Of a stretch of 64,000 nt of DNA, positions 18,248-27,451 are shown one piece after another. Origin of the DNA: Burkholderiales bacterium. GTDB taxonomy: Bacteria > Pseudomonadota > Gammaproteobacteria > Burkholderiales > Burkholderiaceae_C. Under the pieces are notes generated by a model that saw nothing but the letters and a program-made list of their open reading frames with translations, ran no database searches and was not told the DNA's origin. The DNA lies in contig JAECRO010000002.1 of NCBI GenBank assembly GCA_016000195.1, positions 65,602 through 129,601 on the forward strand, given 5' to 3'. Position 1 is the stretch's first letter. Each line of letters starts with the position of its first letter. Made by a program: the position numbers and the translations under genes.

Positions 18248-20242
18248 ATGCCAACCCCCATCCTGAACGCCCCGACGCCCGGCCAGCGCAAGCTCGAACT
18301 GCTGCGCCAGCATTTTCCGCAAGCCGTGGAAACCGACGCGCAAGGGCGCATCCGCATCAACGCTGGCGCACTGCAACTGGCCATTGACCCGTCCAACCCG
18401 GCGGGGATTCAGGTCGAAGAAGACGGCTACGAGCTGCGCTGGGTCGGCAAGCGCGAGGCCTACCACAGCGCCTTTTTGCCGGTGCAGAAAATCATTGCGC
18501 CGCTGCCCGATGACAGCAAACACTGGGACGCCACCGGCAACCTGCTGATGCGCGGCGACAACCTGGACGCGCTGCGCCTGCTGCGCCACAGCTACTTCGG
18601 CAAGGTCAAGCTGATCTATATCGACCCGCCCTACAACACGCAAAGCGACGCCTTCATCTACCGCGACGACTTTTCCGCCAGACAAAGCGAAGTGCTGGCG
18701 CAACTGGGCTACACGGCGGACAACATCGACTACATCAAGAACATCTACGGCGCCCGCACGCACAGCGGCTGGCTGTCGTTTATGTACCCACGCCTGCTGC
18801 TGGCCAAGGATTTGCTGCGCGACGACGGCGTGATTTTTATCTCGATAGACGACAACGAGCAGGCGCAATTGAAGCTGCTGTGCGATGAGGTGTTTGGGCA
18901 GGAGAATTTTGTCGCGTCCATCGCGTGGAAAAAACGATCCTCACCGGATGCGCGCGACACCATCGGCTCTGTTCATGACTGGATACTTTGCTACACCAAA
19001 GACTCGGAGAAAGTCAAAACCGCCATCAGCAAAATGCCACTGAGCGCACAACGCGTTGACGCCTATGTCAACCCAGACCTGGATGAACGTGGCGATTGGG
19101 CTTCCGTGGACATGACGGGGATGACGGGCCGCGCAACGAAAGACCAGTATTTCAGCATCACGCTGCCAAGTGGCAGGACGATCAAGCCGCCAGAAGGCCG
19201 CAGTTGGGGTCTTGCTGAAAAAACATTCCTGGAGCTTCGCGCCGACAACCGGATATGGTTCGGTCTGAAGGGCGATAACGTGCCGCGCATCAAGCGGTTC
19301 TTGAGTGAGTCAGACGGCCAAGTCGTCCCGTCGTTATGGGATATGAGCGATGCCGGAAGCAATGACGAGGCAAAAAAAGAAGTCAACGAAATGATGGAAT
19401 GCCCGGACGTGTTTGACACGCCCAAGCCGACGCGGCTGATTGAGCGGATGCTGACCATCGCTACAAGAAAAGACGACGCCTCTATCGTTTTGGACTTTTT
19501 CGCCGGCTCAGGAACAACGGGTCATGCGGTTCTCGCCCAAAACGCCGAAGACGGCGGCAATCGCCAATTCATCCTCGTCCAGATTCCCCAGCCCATCGAC
19601 CCGAAAAAGCAAAAGGAAGCCCACCGCTTCGTCACCGAAACCCTGGGCAAGCCAGACGCCACGATTTTCGAGATCACCGCCGAGCGCCTGCGCCGCGCCG
19701 GGGCAAAAATCGAAGCCGAACAGGCCGAAAAAGTCAAAACCGCCGCCCTGCAGCCCGCCCAGCTCGAAGGGTTTTCGCCCGAAGCAGAGGCCGGTTCAGC
19801 CCCGCCAGCCACGGTCGATACCGGCTTTCGCGTCTTCGACCTGGTGGACGACCCCGACGCGCTCATCCTGCAAAAACCCTTGCAACACGCCAGCCAGGCC
19901 GATGTGCTGGCCCTGCAAGCGGCCATTGCCACGCCCCAGCCCGCGCAACTCCCGCGCATCCTCTACAACCTGCTGCTGGCCGAAAACCTGCCGCTGACCA
20001 CGCCGCTGCGCACGGTGATTGACCAACAGATGTACGTGGCCGCCAACGTGGCGTTTGTCGTGCGCGCCCTGCCGCTGGACCTGCTCACCGACACGCTGCG
20101 CGCCTTGCAGCAAGAAGCCGCGCCACCGGCCTACCTGACGGTCTATGCGCCGTGGATTGCCGACGACAACTTCATGCTGGGCATCAAGACCGTGGCCGAG
20201 ACGCTGGGGTATTCAGAAGACAAGCTGCGGCTGCGGGGCTAA
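18248..20242 (+). CDS. mod: type III restriction-modification methyltransferase (Mod), N6-adenine beta class
   Basis: Start moved to ATG 18248 (MPTPILNAP), because the track's GTG start at 18134 reads through repeats. Motif IV IYIDPPYNT precedes motif I LDFFAGSGTTGHA. Confidence 0.9.
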   Translation: MPTPILNAPTPGQRKLELLRQHFPQAVETDAQGRIRINAGALQLAIDPSNPAGIQVEEDGYELRWVGKREAYHSAFLPVQKIIAPLPDDSKHWDATGNLLMRGDNLDALRLLRHSYFGKVKLIYIDPPYNTQSDAFIYRDDFSARQSEVLAQLGYTADNIDYIKNIYGARTHSGWLSFMYPRLLLAKDLLRDDGVIFISIDDNEQAQLKLLCDEVFGQENFVASIAWKKRSSPDARDTIGSVHDWILCYTKDSEKVKTAISKMPLSAQRVDAYVNPDLDERGDWASVDMTGMTGRATKDQYFSITLPSGRTIKPPEGRSWGLAEKTFLELRADNRIWFGLKGDNVPRIKRFLSESDGQVVPSLWDMSDAGSNDEAKKEVNEMMECPDVFDTPKPTRLIERMLTIATRKDDASIVLDFFAGSGTTGHAVLAQNAEDGGNRQFILVQIPQPIDPKKQKEAHRFVTETLGKPDATIFEITAERLRRAGAKIEAEQAEKVKTAALQPAQLEGFSPEAEAGSAPPATVDTGFRVFDLVDDPDALILQKPLQHASQADVLALQAAIATPQPAQLPRILYNLLLAENLPLTTPLRTVIDQQMYVAANVAFVVRALPLDLLTDTLRALQQEAAPPAYLTVYAPWIADDNFMLGIKTVAETLGYSEDKLRLRG

Positions 20243-20264
20243 AGACCATGCCAAACAATAACCT

Positions 20265-20412
20265 CCCGCTTTCCGTCATTCCCGCGCAGGCGGGAATCCA
20301 GCGACAGGGGTTGAACACTCCAACGAGTCTGGATTCCCGCCTGCGCGGGAATGACGAATCGGGAAGTATTCTGGATTCCCGCCTGCGCGGGAATGACGAA
20401 TCGGGAAGTATT
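20265..20412. repeat. dRS3-like hairpin-pair element, copy C, between mod and res, with a 42-bp tandem duplication of the right arm
   Basis: Left arm GTCATTCCCGCGCAGGCGGGAATCCAG, then a core. The right arm CTGGATTCCCGCCTGCGCGGGAATGACGAATCGGGAAGTATT is present twice (20329-20370 and 20371-20412). Confidence 0.9.
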
Positions 20413-20435
20413 TTTCCAGCCAACGCCTGAATCCC

Positions 20436-23429
20436 ATGACAGCCCAATTTCAATACACCACCCTCGCCCACCAGACTCAGGCGGTGCAAAGCATTGCCGA
20501 CGTGTTCAACGATGTGTACTTTGCCGCGCCCACGAATGCGCAGGGGAACCCGGTTATGGCGCTGACGCAAGCCGCGCCGGTCTTGCGCGGCAACATTGCC
20601 GCCATCCGCGAGCGCAACCATATCCATGCCGGCGAGGTTCAGGTTGCTGGCACGGCCACGCCCGCACTTAGCCTGGATGTGCTGATGGAAACCGGCACGG
20701 GCAAGACCTTCACCTTCATCGAGACGATTCACCGGCTGCACAAGGACAAAAAACTCGCCAAGTTCATCGTGCTGGTGCCGTCCAACGCCATCCGGCAAGG
20801 CACGCTGAAAAGCCTGCAGACGACGGCGGAGTTTTTTGGCAAGCAGTACGACGGCCAGAAAATCAGCGTCTACAACTACTCGGCGCGCACGGTGCAGGGC
20901 TTTATTCACGCGGCCAATGCCGGGATTTCGGTGCTGGTGGCGACCTACCAGGCCTTTGCCGGCGACAGCAAAGTGATCAACAAGCGCGGCGTGGAAGCCA
21001 ACCTTTTCGGCCACGCCAAGAGTTTCATGGAAGCGCTGGCGGTGATTCGTCCGGTGCTCATCATTGACGAGCCGCACCGCTTCGAGGGCAAGCAGACGCA
21101 GGAATACCTGGCCAAGTTCAACCCGCTGATGACCATCCGCTTTGGCGCGACCTTTAAAGACAAGGCCGGAAGTGACGGCCTGAAATACAACAACCTGATC
21201 TACACGCTCGACAGCCTGGAGGCGTTTCGCCAGCGGCTGGTCAAGGGCATCACCGTGGACACGGTGGGAACGGGCGCAGACATGGCGCAAGTGCTGTGCT
21301 TCACATCAAGCAGCGGCACCGCCAAAGAGCGCGCGGCGCAAGTCAGCTACCAGACCATGGCGGGCAAGCATGCCAGCGTGGAACTGAAGGCCAAGGACAA
21401 CCTGGGCGAAAAGACTGGCATGGGTTTTCTCGATGGCCATGTGGTGGAGGCGGTGACGGCCAGGGAAGTGCGGTTTACCAATGATTTTGCGCTGCCGCTG
21501 GGCGAGGCCACGTCCTACGGCATGCTGGCCGAGCAAATGCAGGCGCTCATCATTGAGCGCAGCATTTCAAACCACTTCGAGCGCGAGGAAGCGCTGTTTA
21601 AGCGCGGCATCAAGGCGCTGAGCCTGTTCTTCATCGACTCGGTGGCCAAGTACCTGCCCGAAGGCGCGAAGCCGGCGGTGATACGCGTGGCCTTTGAACG
21701 CCATTACCGCGCGCAACTGGCGCAAATGCTGGAAAAGCCCGACCTGGACCCTGGCTACCGCGCCTATCTGGAGCGCAGCGCAGCAAGCATTGACCGGGTT
21801 CACAAAGGCTACTTTGCCCGCTCGCGCAGCGAAAAAGGCGAAGAAGAAGCCATCAAGCTGATCTTGCAGGAAAAGGAAAAGCTGCTGTCGTTCGAGACCG
21901 ACTTGCGCTTTATCTTTTCGATGTGGGCGCTGCAGGAAGGCTGGGACAACCCGAATATCTTCACGCTGTGCAAGCTGGCCCCGAGCAATTCCAAAATCAC
22001 CAGGCTGCAGCAAATCGGGCGCGGCCTGCGCCTGGCCGTGAACCAGCAGCTGGAGCGCGTGCAGTCCGACGACCCGGCGTTTGACGAGGTGAATGAGCTG
22101 GTGGTGGTGGTGCCGGCCAGCGAAGGCGATTTTGTCGAAGCGATTCAAAGCGAGATTGCCGCGCACAGCGTGCAGCGGGTGGCGCGGGTGTTTGACGATG
22201 CGGTGCTGGCCGAGTTTGGCGTGGCGCCCAGCACCCGCGTGGCGAACCGCGTGCTGGATGCATTGGCGGCGCTGGGGGTGATTTCGCTCGATGACGTATC
22301 TGGCCAGGCGACCTTGCTCTTGGCCCGCACCGCCTATCTGGCCCGGCGCGATGAGATTCTGGCGCGCCTGAAAACCATCAAGGGCATTGAAGACCAGAAC
22401 GCGGTCAACATGCAGGCCTATCTGGATGCCTATTACGAAAGCTACGGCCAGGTCAGGCGCAAGGAAGACAAGGCAAAACCCACGCTTCGCCTGAATGCCG
22501 GCAATTACCAGAAGTTCAGGGAACTGTGGGAAAACCTGAACCGTGATGCGGTGCTGCGCTACGAGCTGGATGCGGCGCTGTTGACCGACAGAATCGTGAC
22601 GCGGATTGCCGCTGACTTTGAGGTGCGGCCCTTGAGCCTCAGCGTGACGCGCACCGAGTCGGTGCAAAGCCTGCACCAGGCCAAAAGCACGGAAACGCCT
22701 TACCTCGTCCTGCCGCAGTCGCTCTATACGCTGTCGGAATTTGTCCGCGAGCTGGCGAATCTGACCAAGCTGAGTTACCACACCGTCGCCAATATCCTGA
22801 GCCGCATGCCGGCGGACAAGTTCGGGCAGATTCGCGACAACGAAAACCGTGCCTTGACCGCCCTGCGCGATGTGATACTGGGCTGCATTTACGAATTGCT
22901 GGTCAACAAGGTGACTTACGAGCTGCGTGAAGTGCGGGTGAAAACGTCTCTCACCGACAAGAAGGGCAACCTGCTCGAAACGCTGCCGGTGTCGCTGTGC
23001 GGAAAGGAAGCGCACGCCATCGGCAACTCGGAGATTCAGGCCCGGTCGCTGTACGACGAGGCTTTCATGCCGGTGGACAGCCAGATCGAGCGCCTGACCG
23101 TGGACGAGTCGAACCAGACGCGGGTGACGGTGTTTGCCAAGCTGCCCAAGATTGACATTCCCACCCCGGCGGGAAAATTCAACCCGGATTTTGGCTACGC
23201 CATCACGCAGGACGGCACTGCGCAGGCGCTGTATCTGGTAGTGGAAACCAAGGGCTACGACAGCCGCAGCGAGATTCCGGTCAAGGAAAAGTGGAAAATT
23301 GACAGCGCCAGGCAGTTTTTCAAGGCGCTGCAGGACTTGCCCGAGCTGAAGGAAAAAGGCGTGCAAATCCGCTTTGAGACCAAAATCAACGGCGAACGGC
23401 TGGCGCAGTTGATTTCAAGCATGAAATAG
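20436..23429 (+). CDS. res: type III restriction endonuclease subunit (Res), SF2 helicase + C-terminal nuclease
   Basis: Walker A METGTGKTFT, DEAH-like IIDEPHRF, motif VI QQIGRGLRL. C-terminal PD-(D/E)xK-like NPDFGY...LYLVVETKG. Confidence 0.9.
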   Translation: MTAQFQYTTLAHQTQAVQSIADVFNDVYFAAPTNAQGNPVMALTQAAPVLRGNIAAIRERNHIHAGEVQVAGTATPALSLDVLMETGTGKTFTFIETIHRLHKDKKLAKFIVLVPSNAIRQGTLKSLQTTAEFFGKQYDGQKISVYNYSARTVQGFIHAANAGISVLVATYQAFAGDSKVINKRGVEANLFGHAKSFMEALAVIRPVLIIDEPHRFEGKQTQEYLAKFNPLMTIRFGATFKDKAGSDGLKYNNLIYTLDSLEAFRQRLVKGITVDTVGTGADMAQVLCFTSSSGTAKERAAQVSYQTMAGKHASVELKAKDNLGEKTGMGFLDGHVVEAVTAREVRFTNDFALPLGEATSYGMLAEQMQALIIERSISNHFEREEALFKRGIKALSLFFIDSVAKYLPEGAKPAVIRVAFERHYRAQLAQMLEKPDLDPGYRAYLERSAASIDRVHKGYFARSRSEKGEEEAIKLILQEKEKLLSFETDLRFIFSMWALQEGWDNPNIFTLCKLAPSNSKITRLQQIGRGLRLAVNQQLERVQSDDPAFDEVNELVVVVPASEGDFVEAIQSEIAAHSVQRVARVFDDAVLAEFGVAPSTRVANRVLDALAALGVISLDDVSGQATLLLARTAYLARRDEILARLKTIKGIEDQNAVNMQAYLDAYYESYGQVRRKEDKAKPTLRLNAGNYQKFRELWENLNRDAVLRYELDAALLTDRIVTRIAADFEVRPLSLSVTRTESVQSLHQAKSTETPYLVLPQSLYTLSEFVRELANLTKLSYHTVANILSRMPADKFGQIRDNENRALTALRDVILGCIYELLVNKVTYELREVRVKTSLTDKKGNLLETLPVSLCGKEAHAIGNSEIQARSLYDEAFMPVDSQIERLTVDESNQTRVTVFAKLPKIDIPTPAGKFNPDFGYAITQDGTAQALYLVVETKGYDSRSEIPVKEKWKIDSARQFFKALQDLPELKEKGVQIRFETKINGERLAQLISSMK

Positions 23430-23433
23430 GCCT

Positions 23434-23480
23434 TTTACGCACGCCAGCCGTGCGCAAGCAGCTATCAAAACAATAGTAAC
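23434..23480 (+). repeat. Short dispersed repeat (SDR family), copy 5
   Basis: TTTACGCAcgccagccgTGCGCAAGCAGCTATCAAAACAATAGTAAC, directly after the res stop. Same orientation as copy 4. Confidence 0.8.
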
Positions 23481-23491
23481 TTCATTTATTT

Positions 23492-24238
23492 ATGAACCCT
23501 ACAGAAACCGCCCCCGGCCTCGTCGTCAACATCGCCACGCCCGAGCTGAAACTGAGCGACTTCAGGCTGATTGCCTTTGACATGGACTCGACGCTCATCA
23601 ACATCGAATGCGTCGATGAAATTGCCGATGCCGTGGGCCGCAAGGCCGAAGTCGCGGCCATCACCGAAGCGGCCATGCGCGGCGAGATCACCGACTTCAA
23701 GGACAGCCTGCGCCGGCGCGTGGCGCTGCTCAAGGGCGTGAGCGTGGCCAGCATGGACGCTGTATACCGCGAACGCCTCAAGCTCAACCCCGGCGCGGCT
23801 GAACTGGTGCGCGCCTGCAAGGAAGCGGGCCTGAAGGTGTTGCTGGTCAGCGGCGGCTTTACCTTTTTCACCGACCGCGTGAAGGGCCTGCTGGACATCG
23901 ACTTCACGCGCTCGAACGTGCTGGAAATCCAGGACGGCCTGCTGACCGGCAAAATGATCGACCAGCCCTGGGGCGACATCTGCGACGGCGAGGAAAAGCG
24001 CCGCATGCTGATTGAAACCTGCGGCCAGCTGGGCATCAACCCGCTGCAGGCGATTGCCATGGGCGACGGCGCGAACGACCTGCCGATGATGGGCGCGGCC
24101 GGCCTGTCGGTGGCCTACCACGCCAAGCCCAAGGTGCGCGAGCAGGCAATGGTGGCGATCAACGCGGGCGGGCTGGACCGCTTGCTGGAGCTGATGAAGC
24201 AGGACGGGCGGCGCAGGCCGGGGATGCCCCCACACTAA
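23492..24238 (+). CDS. serB: phosphoserine phosphatase (HAD superfamily)
   Basis: HAD motif I IAFDMDSTLI, motif III region, and GDGANDLPM. Confidence 0.88.
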   Translation: MNPTETAPGLVVNIATPELKLSDFRLIAFDMDSTLINIECVDEIADAVGRKAEVAAITEAAMRGEITDFKDSLRRRVALLKGVSVASMDAVYRERLKLNPGAAELVRACKEAGLKVLLVSGGFTFFTDRVKGLLDIDFTRSNVLEIQDGLLTGKMIDQPWGDICDGEEKRRMLIETCGQLGINPLQAIAMGDGANDLPMMGAAGLSVAYHAKPKVREQAMVAINAGGLDRLLELMKQDGRRRPGMPPH

Positions 24239-24474
24239 CCCTCCCCCAGATAACCTCCCCCAGAGGGCTGGGGTGAGGGCCTCCCCGCCTCCTGCAAAGG
24301 CTTGTGCCTCAATGCTCGCCATGCAGCTTGGCATGAATGCGCCGGATGTTGCGCCAGACCAGCCACAGCACCAGCGGAATCGCGGCGCCAACCAGTATTT
24401 CGGGGTTGGGAAAGCAGGTCTATCTGGCAGCTTTTAAGGCTTTGGCAACGCGGCCAGCCGCCGGATTTTTTCTG

Positions 24475-24753
24475 TCAGGACGCGGTGACGGCTTGCCGCC
24501 TTTGCACCTGCCCGGGCGCGCTGCCTGAAGCCGGAACCCGGCCGGCTGCGTGGCGCTGGCCGTTGCAGACTTCGTGGCTGATGGCAAGGTTTTCGGCATG
24601 GCTGTTGCCGCCCTCGCTCAGGGCCTGGATGTGCTCCAGCGTGGCGGCCTCGGGCGTGACATGTTCGCCGCAGACCCAGCAGGGCACGACGCCATGCAGC
24701 TGGCGGGCGACGGTTTTGTACATCTTGATGCGGAGGTGTTGCAAACTGCTCAT
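24475..24753 (-). CDS. small stand-alone HNH endonuclease
   Basis: CWVCGEHV...LEHIQALSEGGNSHAENLAISHEVCN (Cys pair, His-Asn-His core). The start is uncertain: ATG at complement 24751-24753, or the ORF-track start at 24819. Confidence 0.75.
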   Translation of the reverse strand: MSSLQHLRIKMYKTVARQLHGVVPCWVCGEHVTPEAATLEHIQALSEGGNSHAENLAISHEVCNGQRHAAGRVPASGSAPGQVQRRQAVTAS

Positions 24754-24888
24754 GCGGGGATTTTCGTGCAAAACCAGATCGAGCTGGCCGCCAAGGTCGG
24801 CATCCAGAACTACCTGCAAAGCCAGATGGGCGAACTCAGCTAGGCGGCAAAAGGCCCGCCCTGACGCCCTCCGGGAGCCGGCGCATCA

Positions 24889-24924
24889 AACAAAGGGGGC
24901 TTTATGGCCCCTTTGTTGTTTTTT
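24889..24924. terminator. Bidirectional hairpin terminator with no obvious upstream gene
   Basis: AACAAAGGGG-gctttatgg-CCCCTTTGTT followed by GTTTTTT, with an A-rich run on the other side. Confidence 0.55.
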
Positions 24925-24968
24925 AGCAGCAAATCACAAAAATCTTGACGTTGCCGATTCACTTTATT

Positions 24969-24987
24969 ACGAATAATTCTCATTAAC
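24969..24987. promoter_or_regulatory. candidate Fur box upstream of the TonB-dependent receptor
   Basis: ACGAATAATTCTCATTAAC matches about 12/19 positions of GATAATGATAATCATTATC by my alignment. It lies 20 bp downstream of a TTGACG -35-like hexamer (24945-24950). Confidence 0.5.
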
Positions 24988-25116
24988 TATAAAATTCAGT
25001 CTCAACTTTACGAGCCAGCCAACTCGCGTCCTTCAAGGGCAACTTCGAGCACAGCCAAGCCAATCACTGAAACCCGGTCCGTCTCTCCAGAGCCGGACCT
25101 CGCTTGGAGTCCTCTT

Positions 25117-27363
25117 TTGGCAAACCCTTACGCGTGCGCTGCGCACCCCAAAAAATCACGCACTGACGGCTTGAAGCCGCCGCCTCCCGCTGCGGCCCGG
25201 ACCAGCCACTTGTCCTCCGAACGGACGCTGCTTCCTCTGGGCGCGCTGATGCTGGCCGCCTCGGTGTCCAGCTGGGCGCAAAGCACGGCGGCGCAGGCCG
25301 AAAGCAAGTCCCTGGCCCCCGTCACCGTCACCGGAACGCGCGACCGGGCCAACCAGACTTACCAGAGCGGCGTCACCAGCGTCGGCAAAGTGCCGGTGGC
25401 GGCCAAGGACATTCCGCAGTCGCTGACGGTGGTGAACGACAAGCTGATGCATGACCAGGGCAAGGACAGCTTCAAGGGCGCGCTCGAAAATGTCATCGGC
25501 ATCACCTTCGAGGCCGGTGAAGGCGGCCGCGTCGGCGACAACATCCGGCTGCGCGGCTTCAGCGCGGCGGGCGACATCTACCTCGATGGCATGCGCGACA
25601 TTGCGCAGTACAACCGCGACGTGTTCAACACCGAGCGGGTCGAGGTGCTGCGCGGCGCGGCGTCCATGCTGTTTGGCCGGGGCTCCACCGGCGGCATCGT
25701 CAACCAGGTCAGCAAGCAGCCGCGCCTGCTCACCGAGCACGAGCTCAACGCGACCATCGGCACCAACAACTACCAGCGCTATCAGGGCGACTTCAACTTC
25801 AAGCTGGCTGACGATGCCGCCCTGCGCATCAATGCCATGGCAACCGACGGCGACGGGCGCGGCGACAATGCCGGCGCCTCGACCCATAGACGCGGGCTGG
25901 CGCTGGACTACCGCTTTGGCATCGGCACGGCCAACGAATTCGAGCTCAGCTACTACCACCTGCATTACAACGACAAGCCGGACTGGGGTTTTGCGTGGTT
26001 CCAGGGCCGCCCCGCCCCTTCGCCCATCAACAAGTACTGGTATGGCCTGGACAGCGACTTCCAGAACGACAAGGCCGATGCCGTCACCCTGTCGCACACG
26101 CACCGCTGGACCGACGGCAGCAGCCTGAAAACCACCGTGCGCGACGGCTACTACTCGCGCGCCATGTGGGCCACGCAGTCGAGTTTCGCCACCGGCACGA
26201 CGAGCCTGAACCTCAACCCGGACACGCTGGTCAACCGGCGCACCAACGCCAAGTCGGGCGAAGAGCATCACACCTTTTTGCAAACCGACTACCTGACCAC
26301 AACCCACTGGTTTGGCCGCAAGCACAGCCTTCTGGTGGGCGCCGAATACGCGGTTGAAAATGCCAGCCGCTCCACCTACCCTTCACTGGCCTCCGCCAAA
26401 CCCGCCACCACGGCCGGCAATCCGGGCAGCGCCGGCATCGGCGGCAACCTGATCGAACGGCTGGCCACGCAATTCCAGGCGACGACGCTGGGCCTGTATG
26501 TGCAGGACACGATTGACATTGCGCCCTACTGGAAGCTGGTCGGCGGCTTGCGGCTTGACAACTTCAAGGGCGACTACGAGCGCACCGGCAATGCCGCGCC
26601 CAACAACACGCCGCTCTCGCGCTCGGACACCCTGCTGAGCAAGCGCCTGGGCGTGATGTACCAGCCCACCGACGAGGTCAGCTATTACGCCGCATATGGC
26701 ACCTCGTTCAACACGTCGGGCGACCTTTACCAGTTCGATCCCGCCTCGGCCAACACCGAGCCGGAGAGCAGCCGCAACATGGAAATCGGCGCCAAATGGG
26801 AGCTGTACAACGGCGACCTGTCGTTCCGCACGGCGCTGGCGCGCACTGAAAAGTACAACGAGCGCAACACCGACATTGACACCGCCAACAACGCCTACCT
26901 GCTGTCGGGCAAGCGCCATACCGATGCGCTCGAATTCGAGATCGCCGGCCGCATCACGCCGCAATGGGACGTGTTCGCGGGCCTCGGCTTCTTGAAAGCC
27001 GTGATTGACAAGTCGGGCTCGAACGCCGCCGGCCTGGCAGAAGTCGGGCAAAACCCGGGCCTGAGCCCGAGCCGCCAGGCCAACCTGTTCACCACCTACC
27101 GCATCGGCGACAAATGGCGCGTGGGCGGCGGCTTCACGGCCGTGAGCCAGAACAAGCCGGCCAACAGCGTGAGCAGCACCAACCGGGCGCCGGGCTACGT
27201 GAAGGCCGATGCGCTGGTCGAATACCGCATCAACGAAAGCAATACGCTCAAGCTCAACATCGACAACCTGTTTGACAAGGTGTACTACAACACGCTGTAC
27301 CGGGGCTTTGCCGCACCGGGCGACGAGCGCAGCGTGCGCGTGACGCTGACCAGCAAGTTCTAA
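25117..27363 (+). CDS. TonB-dependent siderophore receptor
   Basis: Plug-domain motifs LAPVTVTGTR and VEVLRGAASMLFGRGSTGGIVN, a 22-strand barrel, and a C-terminal TSKF ending in Phe. The track start is a TTG, so the true start is uncertain. Confidence 0.88.
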   Translation: MANPYACAAHPKKSRTDGLKPPPPAAARTSHLSSERTLLPLGALMLAASVSSWAQSTAAQAESKSLAPVTVTGTRDRANQTYQSGVTSVGKVPVAAKDIPQSLTVVNDKLMHDQGKDSFKGALENVIGITFEAGEGGRVGDNIRLRGFSAAGDIYLDGMRDIAQYNRDVFNTERVEVLRGAASMLFGRGSTGGIVNQVSKQPRLLTEHELNATIGTNNYQRYQGDFNFKLADDAALRINAMATDGDGRGDNAGASTHRRGLALDYRFGIGTANEFELSYYHLHYNDKPDWGFAWFQGRPAPSPINKYWYGLDSDFQNDKADAVTLSHTHRWTDGSSLKTTVRDGYYSRAMWATQSSFATGTTSLNLNPDTLVNRRTNAKSGEEHHTFLQTDYLTTTHWFGRKHSLLVGAEYAVENASRSTYPSLASAKPATTAGNPGSAGIGGNLIERLATQFQATTLGLYVQDTIDIAPYWKLVGGLRLDNFKGDYERTGNAAPNNTPLSRSDTLLSKRLGVMYQPTDEVSYYAAYGTSFNTSGDLYQFDPASANTEPESSRNMEIGAKWELYNGDLSFRTALARTEKYNERNTDIDTANNAYLLSGKRHTDALEFEIAGRITPQWDVFAGLGFLKAVIDKSGSNAAGLAEVGQNPGLSPSRQANLFTTYRIGDKWRVGGGFTAVSQNKPANSVSSTNRAPGYVKADALVEYRINESNTLKLNIDNLFDKVYYNTLYRGFAAPGDERSVRVTLTSKF

Positions 27364-27397
27364 ACCCCCGGCGCTTTTCACTGCGCGCTTTTAAACT

Positions 27398-27438
27398 TCG
27401 GGCATTCCCGCCAGCGGCCGGAATGCCCGATTTCATTT
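27398..27438 (+). terminator. hairpin/terminator-like element after the receptor gene
   Basis: TCGGGCATTCC-cgccagcggcc-GGAATGCCCGA followed by TTTCATTT. The ATTCC..GGAAT arms loosely resemble the dRS3-like arms. Confidence 0.45.
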
Positions 27439-27451
27439 GGAAACCCCCAGC

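Noticed and set aside
20329-20412. Possible mini-CRISPR array (two identical 42-bp units)
   Set aside because: The units are directly abutting with no spacers, they are part of the dispersed element, and there are no cas genes in the window.
20152-20430. 92-aa ORF (…DSRLRGNDESGSILDSRLRGNDESGS…) between mod and res
   Set aside because: It is simply a translation of the hairpin-pair element and its 42-bp duplication. The same peptide words (VIPAKAGIQ, SRLRGND) appear wherever the repeat occurs.
20184-23366. ORFs 20184..21290(-) and 21567..23366(-), 368 and 599 aa, antisense to res
   Set aside because: Same artefact. No motifs are present, and the res frame carries unambiguous SF2 helicase and nuclease motifs.
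24311-24420. Minus-strand open frame encoding a TM-like peptide (…ILVGAAIPLVLWLVWRNIRRIHAKLHGEH)
   Set aside because: There is no ATG or GTG with a ribosome-binding site. An in-frame TAG lies immediately upstream, leaving only a 20-aa GTG-initiated option.
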